In this document: positions 9,266 through 17,967 of the stretch, one piece after another
Numbering within the stretch: the first letter of the stretch is position 1
Layout: the number at the start of each line of letters is the position of its first letter
Source of the DNA: an uncultured Actinomycetota bacterium
GTDB taxonomy: Bacteria > Actinomycetota > Actinomycetes > Propionibacteriales > Nocardioidaceae
Assembly: GCA_963721165.1 (NCBI GenBank)
Contig: CAVRIE010000009.1
Coordinates: 19,800-83,799 of the forward strand
Direction: 5' to 3'
Length of the DNA: 64,000 nt
Made by a program: the position numbers and the translations under genes
Notes under the pieces: generated by a model
What the model was told of the DNA's origin: nothing
The model's database searches: none
Seen by the model: the letters and a program-made list of their open reading frames with translations, nothing else

Positions 9266-10295
9266 ATGCATTGCTTACGTACTCGCGGGCATACGTTCCG
9301 CGCTGTCGCATCGGTCGGAATGGCCGTGTTCGTGCTCGGAGTCACCAGTCCGTCCTACGCCGACGACGGCAACGGCTCCCATGGGAACTCGTCTCACCAG
9401 GAGAAGTGGGCCGGCGAGAACTCGGCGGCGGCAACTGGGACGGCGGGAAGTCCGGCGGCGACAACTGGGATGGGGGAAGTCCGACGGCGGCAAGGAGTCC
9501 GGCTGGGACGGGGGAGAAGTCCGGCGGCGACAACTGGGACAGCGAGGAGTCCGGCTGGGACGGGGAGAAGTCCGGCGGCGACAACTGGGGCAGCGAGGAG
9601 TCCGGCTGGGACGGCGAGAAGTCCGGCGGCGACAAGGAGTCCGGCTGGGACGGGGAGAAGTCCGGCGGCGACAAGGAGTCCGGCTGGGACGGGGAGAAGT
9701 CCGGCCGTGACAAGTGGCACGGAGAGGACCACGGGGACAAGGACCACGGGGACAAGGACCACGGGGACAAGGACCACGGGGACAAGGAGCACGGGGACAA
9801 GGACCACGGGGACAAGGAGCACGGGGACAGGGACGCACGGGGACAAGGAGCACGGGGACAAGGAGCACGGGGACAAGGACCACGGGGACAAGGACCACGG
9901 GGACAAGGAGCACGGGGACAAGGAGCACGGCGACAAGGACCACGGGGACAAGGACCACGGCGACAAGGAGCACGGCGACAAGGACGACGAGGAAGAGTGC
10001 GAGTGCCCGAAGGAGGAGAAGCCTGAGAGAGGAGGTCCCGCCCGCTGAGCAGCCTCAGGAGCAGCCCGCTCCGCCCGAGGCCGTCCCGGCTGAGCAGCCC
10101 GCGCCTCCTGCGGAGGTCCCTGCCGCGCCGGCCGTCGCACCGGCCCCCGAGGCAGCGCCTGCCCCGGCCGCAGTGGCTCCGACCCAGGCTCTGCCGTCGG
10201 TCGGTGCCGACCCGGTGGACGAGGCCCTGGCGTTCGTAGGGGCCGGGATGGTGCTCTCGGGAGCCACCCTGCTGTGGCGTCGCAGAAGGGCTTGA
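9266..10295 (+). CDS. Secreted His/Trp/acidic repeat protein with LPxTG-like (LPSVG) sorting signal; several indels within the repeats
   Basis: Signal peptide MHCLRTRGHTFRAVASVGMAVFVLGVTSPSYA; ESGWDGEKSGGD repeats; HGDK[DE] repeats; Pro/Ala/Glu stalk; LPSVG + hydrophobic helix + WRRRRA. Confidence 0.8.
9430..9717 (+). repeat. 39/51-bp repeats encoding ESGWDGEKSGGD(K / NW[D/G]SE)
   Basis: gagtccggctgggacggggagaagtccggcggcgac repeated. Confidence 0.85.
9718..9985 (+). repeat. 15-bp tandem repeat cacggggacaagga[c/g] encoding HGDK[D/E] x17 after a leading HGED
   Basis: Counted directly; the unit at 9820-9835 is 16 nt. Confidence 0.95.
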
Positions 10296-10356
10296 GATCT
10301 GGCGCCGATCGCTGACCAGACCCAACCCGGCCGGCGCGCAGCAAGCTCACATGGAA

Positions 10357-10392
10357 GTGGGCGGCAGTCTCTCAGTCGGGACTGCCGCCCAC
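10357..10392 (+). terminator. Terminator hairpin, copy 2 (near-identical to 9003-9038)
   Basis: gtgggcggcagtctc-tcagtc-gggactgccgcccac, followed by ggggtttg. Confidence 0.8.
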
Positions 10393-10401
10393 GGGGTTTG
10401 C

Positions 10402-10434
10402 GCGGTGGTTGGTTTCGACAGGCTCAACCACCGC
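10402..10434. repeat. REP-like palindromic element (GGTTTCGACAGGCTCAACCA type)
   Basis: gcggtggttg-gtttcgacaggct-caaccaccgc; related copy at 63905-63928. Confidence 0.7.
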
Positions 10435-10441
10435 TGCCGCG

Positions 10442-11200
10442 CTAGCGGGGGGCCATGCGCAGGGCGCCGTCCATCCGGATGACCTCGCCGTTGAGGTAGT
10501 CGTGGTTGATGATCGTGAGGGCGAGCTGGGCGTACTCCTCGGGCCGGCCGAGCCGCTGCGGGAACGGCACGCCCGCGGCGAGCGCCGCCCGGAACTCCTC
10601 GGCCACCGTCGCGAGCATCGGGGTCTCCACGATGCCGGGTGCGATCGTGCAGACCCGGATGCCGTACTGCGCGAGGTCCCGCGCGGCCGGGAGGGTGAGC
10701 CCGACGATGCCGCCCTTCGAGGAGGCGTACGCCGCCTGGCCGACCTGACCGTCGTACGCCGCGATGCTCGCGGTGTTGATGATGACGCCGCGCTGGTTGA
10801 ACTCGTCGCCCTCGGTCTTCGCGATCTCCTCCGAGGCGACCGCGAGCACGTTGAAGGTGCCGACCAGGTTCACCTGCACGACCTTGGCGTAGAACCCGAG
10901 GTCGTGGACGCCCTTCTTGCCGAGGATCCGCATCGACGGGCCGATGCCGGCGCAGTTCACGACCGTCCGCAGGGGTACGTCGGACGCTGCCGCCTGTGCG
11001 ACGCCGGCGCGGACCTGCTCCTCGTCGGTGACGTCCACCGCGACGTACTCGAGGCCCTTCACCTCAGGCGCGTTGTCGATCGACTGCGGCAGGTCGAACG
11101 CGAAGACCTTCGCGCCCTGGTCGACCAGGGCCGCGGCCGTCGCGGCGCCCAGGCCGGATGCGCCTCCGGTGACGATCGCGGCGGTGTTCTCGAGCTTCAT
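10442..11200 (-). CDS. SDR, type II 3-hydroxyacyl-CoA dehydrogenase (HSD10-like)
   Basis: TGGASGLG, NCAGIG, RGVIINTASIAAYDGQVGQAAYASSKGG, DGALRM. Confidence 0.9.
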   Translation of the reverse strand: MKLENTAAIVTGGASGLGAATAAALVDQGAKVFAFDLPQSIDNAPEVKGLEYVAVDVTDEEQVRAGVAQAAASDVPLRTVVNCAGIGPSMRILGKKGVHDLGFYAKVVQVNLVGTFNVLAVASEEIAKTEGDEFNQRGVIINTASIAAYDGQVGQAAYASSKGGIVGLTLPAARDLAQYGIRVCTIAPGIVETPMLATVAEEFRAALAAGVPFPQRLGRPEEYAQLALTIINHDYLNGEVIRMDGALRMAPR

Positions 11201-12390
11201 CAGTTGTTCTCCTGTGTCGTCGGGCGGCTGACCGTGACCGACCCCTTGTTCTCGCGGTCGAGGTGGCGGGCGATCACCATCCGCTGGATCTGGTTCGTGC
11301 CCTCGAAGATCTGCATCACCTTCGCCTCGCGCATGTAGCGCTCGACGGGGAAGTCACGGGTGTAGCCGTACCCGCCGAGCACCTGCACCGCGTCGGTCGT
11401 GACCTTCATGGCGTTGTCGGTTGCGACCATCTTCGCGATGCTCGCCTCCCGGCTGAACGGCAGCCCCTGGTCCTTGCGGCGGGCCGCGGCCAGGACGGTC
11501 GCCCGGGCGGACTCCACGGCCGCGGCCATGTCGGCGAGCACGAACGCGAGCCCCTGGTGCTCGATGATCGGCCTGCCGAAGGTCTCACGCTCCTTGGCGT
11601 AGGCGACCGCCGTGTCCAGCGCGCCCTGCGCGAGGCCGGTCGCCACCGCGGCGATCCCGAGCCGGCCCGAGTCGAGGCCCTCCAGCGCGATCCGAAGGCC
11701 TTCACCCTCGGCGCCGAGCCGCCGCTCGACGGGGATGCGCACGTTCTCGAACCGCATGGTCGCCGTCGCGGACCCGGTGAGGCCCATCTTCCGCTCCGGC
11801 GCGTCGGCGACCAGGCCGGGCGTGTCGGCCGGGACCAGGAAGCACGAGATGCCGTTGCGGTCGTCGCTGGTGCGGGCCATCACCTTGTAGAAGTCGGCGT
11901 ACCCGCCGTGGGTGGTCCACGCCTTCGCGCCGTTCAGCACGTACTCGTCGCCCTCGCGGACCGCCCGCGTCCTCATCGTCGCGGGGTCGGAGCCGGCGTG
12001 GGCCTCGGAGAGGCAGTACGCCCCGAGCTGCTCGCCGCTCAGCATCCCGGGGAGCCAGCGCTGCTTCTGCTCCTCGGTGCCACGGGTGAACAGGCCGAAG
12101 CACGACAGGGCGTGCACCGAGACGCCGACCCCGACGGAGGACCAGACCGCCCCGATCTCCTCGAGGACCTGGAGGTAGACCTCGTACGGCTGACCCCCTC
12201 CGCCGTACTCCTCGGGGTAGGGGAGGCTCAGCAGCCCCGCCCGGCCGAGGGTCCGGAACACCTCGCGCGGGAAGGTCTCGGTGGCCTCGGCCTCCGCGAC
12301 CGGCGGAGCGAGCTCCTTCAGGGCCAGGTCGCGGGTGAGCTCGATCAGGTCGGCTGCCTCTTCGGTGGGCATGACGCGCGTTGCGGGCAT
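11200..12390 (-). CDS. Acyl-CoA dehydrogenase
   Basis: AYCLSEAHAGSD, LNGAKAWTT, RETFG, VQVLGGYGY, IFEGTNQIQR. Confidence 0.93.
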   Translation of the reverse strand: MPATRVMPTEEAADLIELTRDLALKELAPPVAEAEATETFPREVFRTLGRAGLLSLPYPEEYGGGGQPYEVYLQVLEEIGAVWSSVGVGVSVHALSCFGLFTRGTEEQKQRWLPGMLSGEQLGAYCLSEAHAGSDPATMRTRAVREGDEYVLNGAKAWTTHGGYADFYKVMARTSDDRNGISCFLVPADTPGLVADAPERKMGLTGSATATMRFENVRIPVERRLGAEGEGLRIALEGLDSGRLGIAAVATGLAQGALDTAVAYAKERETFGRPIIEHQGLAFVLADMAAAVESARATVLAAARRKDQGLPFSREASIAKMVATDNAMKVTTDAVQVLGGYGYTRDFPVERYMREAKVMQIFEGTNQIQRMVIARHLDRENKGSVTVSRPTTQENN

Positions 12391-12437
12391 GGGGGTCCTT
12401 CTCTCGGTTCAGTCGCGTCTCACTCTAGGACGGCCGG

Positions 12438-14142
12438 TTAGCGTTCGCTAACTCGCGGCTGCATGTACACGGCGAGCATGCAGACGTCGTCGGCCCGGGT
12501 CGGGGACTCGAGGAGCGCCGTCTTCGCCCGCGCGCACATCTCCGCGGCGCTGGTCACGCCATGATCCCCGAGGGCGCCGGCGAGGGCGTCGAGGCCCTGC
12601 CCGAGTCGAGCGCCCCCTGTCCTCCACGAGACCATCGCTGAAGAGCAGGAGCCCCGAGCCGGGCGGCAGGTGATGAGTGGCGACGTCGTACTCCGCGTCG
12701 TCCGCGACCCCGAGCATCAGCCCGCCTGCACTGCTGAGGTACTCCGGCCCGCCGGGGCTTGTCATGACCGGCGGCGGGTGACCGGCGTTGGCGTAGGTCA
12801 GCTCGCCGGTGTTCACGTCGAGGACGCCGAGGAACACCGTGGCCATCGCCTCGGGCAGGAGCCGGGCAGTGCGGCGTTGGTCCGCTCCAGCACCCGGCCC
12901 GGGCGCGGGTCGTCGACGGCGAAGGCGCGTAGCGCGTTGCGGACCTGGTTCATGGCCGAGGCCGAGGCGAGGTTGTGCCCCACCACGTCACCGATCACGA
13001 CACCGAGCAGCCCCTCGCCGAGCGGGAACGCGTCGTACCAGTCCCCGCCGACCTCGACACCCTCGGTGGCCGGAAGGTAGACCACGGCGAGGTCCACGCC
13101 CGGGACGCTCGGCAGCTCGTCGGGAAGGACCGAGCGTTGGAGGACCTCCGACACGCTGTGGTCACGGGCGAACGTGTCGACGTTCGTGAGCCCGACGCTG
13201 ATCCGGCGGCCGAGCTCCTCCGCTACGGCCAGGTCGAACTCGCTGAACACGGGCCGCTCGTGCGATCGCCCGAGCACGAACACGCCCAGGTGCTCCGCTC
13301 CCTGCGTGAGCGCGATGGCGATGAAGCTGCCGGCGTTCAGCTGGTCGGCCACCTCGCCGAGGCGGGGATCCAGCTCGGGCCACGAGGCGCGGTGCGCCGC
13401 GACGTCCTGGACCAGCTGGCTCTTCCCGGTCAGGTAGGCCGCCTGGAACGCGACGCTGTTGCCCGGCGAGATGGGGTCATCGAGCAGGCGACTCCAGGAC
13501 CGCCGTAGCCGCTGGGTCGCGATGCACCGCGGCGGTGGCACGCAGGCTGTCGTCCTCGGTCGGCAGGAACACGGCGGCGAGGTCGGCGACCGAGGGGACG
13601 ACGAGCCGCGTGACCTGGTCGAGCATGTCCTCCCGGCTGTGCGTGGCAGCGACGAGGGCGCCGGCACCGAGGAGAAGGTTCAGCTGCTCCTCGGCGTTCT
13701 GTGCCTCGAGCTGGGCGGCGTGGGCCGACGCGACGAGCTCGGCGCGCTCCTCCTCGGCTCGCTGCCGTTCGGACAGGTCGGCCAGGAAGACGATCCAGGT
13801 GAGCGGCTCGTGCTCGACGACGGCGGCTCCCAGGAGCACCGGGACCCTCCGGCCGGACCGGTGGAAGAACTCCTTCTCGAAGGGTTCGCAGGCGCCGGTG
13901 CTCCGTAGCTGATCGACCGCGACCACGTCGCGCTCGACCCACTCGGGAGGGGTCATCGCCTTCCAGTCCACCCCGTCTGTCGCCAGGTCCTCGCGGCTGT
14001 AGCCGATCATGTCGAGGAAGGCGTCGTTCGCGTCGAACACCCGGTCCTCGTTCGCGACCGCGATCGCCAGCACGTTCGAGTCCCTGAGGCGCGCGAGCAG
14101 GCTGTCCCGGTCGCGCAGCTCCGCGGTGGTGAGCCGGGTCAC
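12438..14142 (-). CDS. PAS-GAF-PP2C (SpoIIE) phosphatase; about 3 frameshifts
   Basis: GTG 14142 with GGAGGGAGG RBS; PAS (DANDAFLDMIGYSREDL, EKEFFHRSGRRVPV), GAF, VGGDWYD, VIGDVVGH, NAGHPPP, FSDGLVE, RADDVCML in successive ORFs 13477..14241, 12813..13667, 12448..12846, 12438..12635. Confidence 0.85.
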
Positions 14143-14179
14143 GGCTGACCACCTCCCTCCCCTGCTCAGTCCGCCCGGG

Positions 14180-15799
14180 TCACTCAGCCTGGGCGATCTC
14201 GGCGTGCTCCTCACGCAGCTCCCGCTTGAGGATCTTGCCACTGGGGTTCTTCGGCAGCGCCTCGGCGATGACCACGCGCTTGGGGGTCTTGTAGCCCGCG
14301 AGGTGCTTGCGGGCGTGCTCGATGACGTCCTGCTCGGTCAGCGACGCGTCGGGCTTGGGTACGACGACCGCCACGACCGCCTCGATCCACCGCGGGTGGC
14401 TCACGCCGAACACCGCGACCTCCGCGACGCTGTCGAGCTGGTAGATCGCCTCCTCGACCTCGCGGCTCGCGACGTTCTCGCCGCCGGTCTTGATCATGTC
14501 CTTCTTGCGGTCCACGACGGACAGGCGGCCGTCCTCGTCGAGGAAGCCGAGGTCGCCGGAGTGGAACCACCCGTTGCGGAACGCCTCCGCGGTCTTCTCC
14601 TCGTCCTTGTAGTAGCCGAGCATCGCGTGCGGGCTGCGGTGCACGATCTCGCCGACCGTGCCGGGCGGCACCGGGTTGTCGTCGTCGTCGACGACCCGGG
14701 TCTCGACGTTGAGCGCGGCCCGCCCGGCCGAGCCCGCGTGGCTGAGCTGCTCCTCGGGGCCGAGGATCGTGGCGAGCGGCGCCATCTCGGTCTGGCCGTA
14801 GAAGTTCCACAGCCGCACGTTCGGCAGCCGCTCCCGGAGCTCGTTGAGCACCTCGACCGGCATCGCCGAGGCGCCGTAGTAGCCCTTGCGGAGGCTCGAC
14901 AGGTCCGTGTTGTCGAAGTCCGGGCAGCGCAGCAGCGCGATCCACACGGTCGGCGGCGCGAACAGCTTCGTCACGTGCTCGGTCTCGATCGTGCGGAGCA
15001 GGGCCGCCGGGTCGGGGCCCGGGAGGATGATGCTGGTCGCGCCGAGGTACATGTCCGGGCCGAGGAAGCAGTCGAGCTGCGCGCAGTGGTACAGCGGGAG
15101 CGAGTGCACCTCGACGTCGCCGGACTCCATGCCGCCGTCGACGATGCAGGAGACGTACTGCCACATCAGCGACCGGCTCGAGAGCTCGGCGCCCTTGGGC
15201 CGCGACTCGGTGCCGCTGGTGTACATCAGCCGCAGCGGGGCGTCGTCCTCCACGATCACCGTGGGCGCCTCGCCGTCGTGCTCGAACCAGGTGCGTACGT
15301 CGACCCAGCCGTCGGGCCCGCCGTCCGCCGCCTCGGCCGACCCGGACCCGATCACCGCCTTGATGCGGACCGACCCGGCCGCCGCGGAGCTCAGCGCCGC
15401 CTCGGCGGTCTTGACCAGGGCCTCCTCCACGACGAAGGCCGAGGACTCGCTGTGGTCGAGGATGTAGGCGATCTCGTCGGGGCCGAGCATGAAGTTGACC
15501 GGCACGAGGGTCACGCCGAGCCGCGCGGTCGCGAAGCTCAGCACGACGAACTGCCAGCAGTTGTGGGAGAGCAGCGCGAGACGGTCGCCCTTCTGCAGGC
15601 CCGCGGCGTCGAGCGCGGCCGTCGTACGGCTGATGAGTGCCTCGAGCTCGGCGAAGGTGAGCCGGGTGTCCCCGTCGACGAGGGCGAGCTTGTCGGGGAA
15701 CCGGTTGGCGGTGCGACGCGGCAGGTCGCCGAGCGCCTGGTGGCGGGCCTGAGGGATCAAACCCTGAGGGATCAAACCCTGAGCGATCAGTGACGACAT
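14180..15799 (-). CDS. Fatty acyl-CoA synthetase (AMP-binding)
   Basis: MYTSGTESRPKG, FYGQTE, WFHSGDLG, DRKKDMIKTGGENV, PKNPSGKILK. Confidence 0.93.
   Translation of the reverse strand: MSSLIAQGLIPQGLIPQARHQALGDLPRRTANRFPDKLALVDGDTRLTFAELEALISRTTAALDAAGLQKGDRLALLSHNCWQFVVLSFATARLGVTLVPVNFMLGPDEIAYILDHSESSAFVVEEALVKTAEAALSSAAAGSVRIKAVIGSGSAEAADGGPDGWVDVRTWFEHDGEAPTVIVEDDAPLRLMYTSGTESRPKGAELSSRSLMWQYVSCIVDGGMESGDVEVHSLPLYHCAQLDCFLGPDMYLGATSIILPGPDPAALLRTIETEHVTKLFAPPTVWIALLRCPDFDNTDLSSLRKGYYGASAMPVEVLNELRERLPNVRLWNFYGQTEMAPLATILGPEEQLSHAGSAGRAALNVETRVVDDDDNPVPPGTVGEIVHRSPHAMLGYYKDEEKTAEAFRNGWFHSGDLGFLDEDGRLSVVDRKKDMIKTGGENVASREVEEAIYQLDSVAEVAVFGVSHPRWIEAVVAVVVPKPDASLTEQDVIEHARKHLAGYKTPKRVVIAEALPKNPSGKILKRELREEHAEIAQAE
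15748..15790. repeat. 15-bp tandem repeat cctgagggatcaaac (2 full copies + 1 degenerate) in the 5' end of the synthetase
   Basis: Encodes LIAQGLIPQGLIPQ on the minus strand. Confidence 0.8.
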
Positions 15800-15809
15800 G
15801 GTGTGCTCC

Positions 15810-17246
15810 TCAGCTCTGACGGATGGTGACCTGCCGGCCGATCAGCCGGAGCAGGAGATAACCCACGATGGCAGCAACCAGGCTGCCGAGCAGGATGCCG
15901 AGCTTCGCCACCTCGATCACGGCACCGTCCTTGAAGGCCAGGTTGGCGACGAAGATGGCGACGGTGAAGCCGATGCCGGCCGTCGCGGAGACGCCGAGCA
16001 GGTGGGCCTGGGTCATGCCGGAGGGGTACCTCGCGAGCCGGAGCCTCACCATCAGCCACGAGGCGCCGAAGATCCCGATCGTCTTGCCGAGGACGAGGCC
16101 GAGGGCGATGCCGAGCACCACCGGGTCGGCGAGCCACTCGCTCACCGGCACGTCGGGGAACGGGAGTCCTGCGTTGGCGAAGGCGAACAGCGGGACGATG
16201 CCGAAGGCGACGTACGGCGCGAGCACGGTCTCGTTGCGGTGCAGCGGCGACTGGGTCTCGAGGGTGAGCCGCCGGATCTCGCGGAGCGTGTGGTCGTTCG
16301 CCTCGTGCTCGTCGGCGGTGACCACGCCGTCGGCGTTGCGGTCGACGACCTCGTTGACCAGGCGGGTGGCGACGTCGGGGTAGAGGTTCGGCGGCAGCAG
16401 CGCGAAGGCCGGCGTGATCAGGCCGAACGCGACGCCGATGATCGTGGCGTGGACGCCTGACTCGTGGAGGGCGTACCACCCGATGCCGCCGAGCAGGATG
16501 TAGGCGCCGATCGCCCGGACCCGCGCCCGCTGCAGGAAGAGGGCGGCGACCACGGTGGCGGCCGCGACGAGCAGCCAGACGATCGACACCCCGCCGGTGT
16601 AGAAGATCGCGATCACGAGGATCGCGCCGAGGTCGTCCACGATCGCCAGCGTGAGCAGGAACAGGCGCGCGCCGAAGGGCACCCGGCTGCCCAGCGAGGT
16701 GAGCACGGCGACCGCGAAGGCGATGTCGGTGGCCATCGGGATGCCCCAGCCGCTCAGGTGCGGGCCGCCGGCGTTGAAGGCCACGTAGATCGCCGCGGGC
16801 GCGAGCATGCCGCCGACCGCGGCGACGATCGGCAGCGCCGCGGCCTTCGGGTCGCGCAGCTCCCCGAACACCAGCTCCCGCTTGATCTCCAGGGAGACCA
16901 GCAGGAAGAACAGCGTCATCAGGCCGTCGTTGACGACCTCGCGGAGCGTGAGGTCGAGCAGGTGGAGGTCGCCGACGTGGAACACGAGGTGGCTCTCCCA
17001 GAAGCGCTCGTAGTCCGCGTAGAGCGGCGTGTTGGCGATGACCAGGGCGGCGACGGTGGCGAGCAGGATGACGACCGCGCTGCTGGTCTCGATCTGCATC
17101 AGGTTCTGCAGCGGCCGCACCAGGCGCCGGGGGACGAAGCGGTCCGTCTCGCGCCAGCTGGGCGCAGCGAACTGCCGTGCCCCTTCGGTGGGCGCCCCTT
17201 CGGTGGGCCCCCCTGAGGTGGGCGCTGTCTCGGGCGGCATCGTCAC
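15810..17246 (-). CDS. nhaA: Na+/H+ antiporter NhaA
   Basis: VNDGLMTLFFLLVSLEIKRE, GIPMATDIAF, LAIVDD, GIGFTVAIF. Confidence 0.93.
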   Translation of the reverse strand: MTMPPETAPTSGGPTEGAPTEGARQFAAPSWRETDRFVPRRLVRPLQNLMQIETSSAVVILLATVAALVIANTPLYADYERFWESHLVFHVGDLHLLDLTLREVVNDGLMTLFFLLVSLEIKRELVFGELRDPKAAALPIVAAVGGMLAPAAIYVAFNAGGPHLSGWGIPMATDIAFAVAVLTSLGSRVPFGARLFLLTLAIVDDLGAILVIAIFYTGGVSIVWLLVAAATVVAALFLQRARVRAIGAYILLGGIGWYALHESGVHATIIGVAFGLITPAFALLPPNLYPDVATRLVNEVVDRNADGVVTADEHEANDHTLREIRRLTLETQSPLHRNETVLAPYVAFGIVPLFAFANAGLPFPDVPVSEWLADPVVLGIALGLVLGKTIGIFGASWLMVRLRLARYPSGMTQAHLLGVSATAGIGFTVAIFVANLAFKDGAVIEVAKLGILLGSLVAAIVGYLLLRLIGRQVTIRQS

Positions 17247-17303
17247 TTCCTAAGCAGGCAGGGTCCCTTCAGGTTATCGACCCGGATCATCGGCCGGGGT
17301 CGG

Positions 17304-17897
17304 TCATCGGCCCGTGGCGCCGACGATCCGCAGGGCCAGGTCGCTGTAGTGGCGGGCGATCTGGTCGGGGGTCCATTCGCCCTCGTCGCGGTACCACCGC
17401 GCGACGTCGATGCCCAACGACAGCAGCGCGAGCGCCGTCATGTGCGGGTCGGGCGTCTCGAAGACCCCCGCCGCGACGCCGCGCTCGACGACGTCGCGCA
17501 TCTCCTGCTCGATCTGGCGCCGGATCGCCGCGATCTCCTCGAGGTGCTCCGGCGAGAGCGCGGCGAGCTCGTAGTTCACGATGCGGGCGCCGGTGTGGTC
17601 CTCGGCGTGGTAGACGACGAAGGCGTGTACGACGGCCAGCAGCTGCTCGCGGGGGTCGCGCGAGGTGGCCACGGCCTCCCGCACCAGCGCGAGGGTCTTC
17701 TCGTGACCCGCGCGGCTGATCTCGTGGAGCAGCTCCTCCTTGGAACGGTGGTGCACGTAGAGCGCGGCGGGGCTCATCCCGGCGCCCGAGGCGATGTCCC
17801 TGGTCGACGTACCGTGGAAGCCCTTGGCCGCGAACGACTCCACCGCCGCGGCCCGGAGCCGGGCGCGGGCATCAGGTGGTTGACGGATCTGCTCCAC
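17304..17897 (-). CDS. TetR-family regulator
   Basis: FAAKGFHGTSTRDIASGAGMSPAALYVHHRSKEELL; GTG at 17897. Confidence 0.9.
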   Translation of the reverse strand: MEQIRQPPDARARLRAAAVESFAAKGFHGTSTRDIASGAGMSPAALYVHHRSKEELLHEISRAGHEKTLALVREAVATSRDPREQLLAVVHAFVVYHAEDHTGARIVNYELAALSPEHLEEIAAIRRQIEQEMRDVVERGVAAGVFETPDPHMTALALLSLGIDVARWYRDEGEWTPDQIARHYSDLALRIVGATGR

Positions 17898-17907
17898 CTG
17901 AGGAACG

Positions 17908-17943
17908 CTAAGCGAACGCTTAGGGGCTAAGCAAGCGCTTAGC
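17908..17943. promoter_or_regulatory. Tandem palindromic operators CTAAGC[G/A]-NN-CGCTTAG
   Basis: ctaagcgaacgcttag (17908-17923) and ctaagcaagcgcttag (17927-17942) in the divergent tetR/SDR gap. Confidence 0.75.
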
Positions 17944-17967
17944 CGGGACATCGGAAGGGCTAGCGCA

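Noticed and set aside
14009-15793. Long ORFs on the opposite strand or in alternate frames (also 25695..28016, 32088..33857, 33682..35712, 53417..55372, 60084..62441)
   Set aside because: Shadow ORFs of well-supported genes, expected in high-GC DNA with few stop codons; no recognisable motifs.
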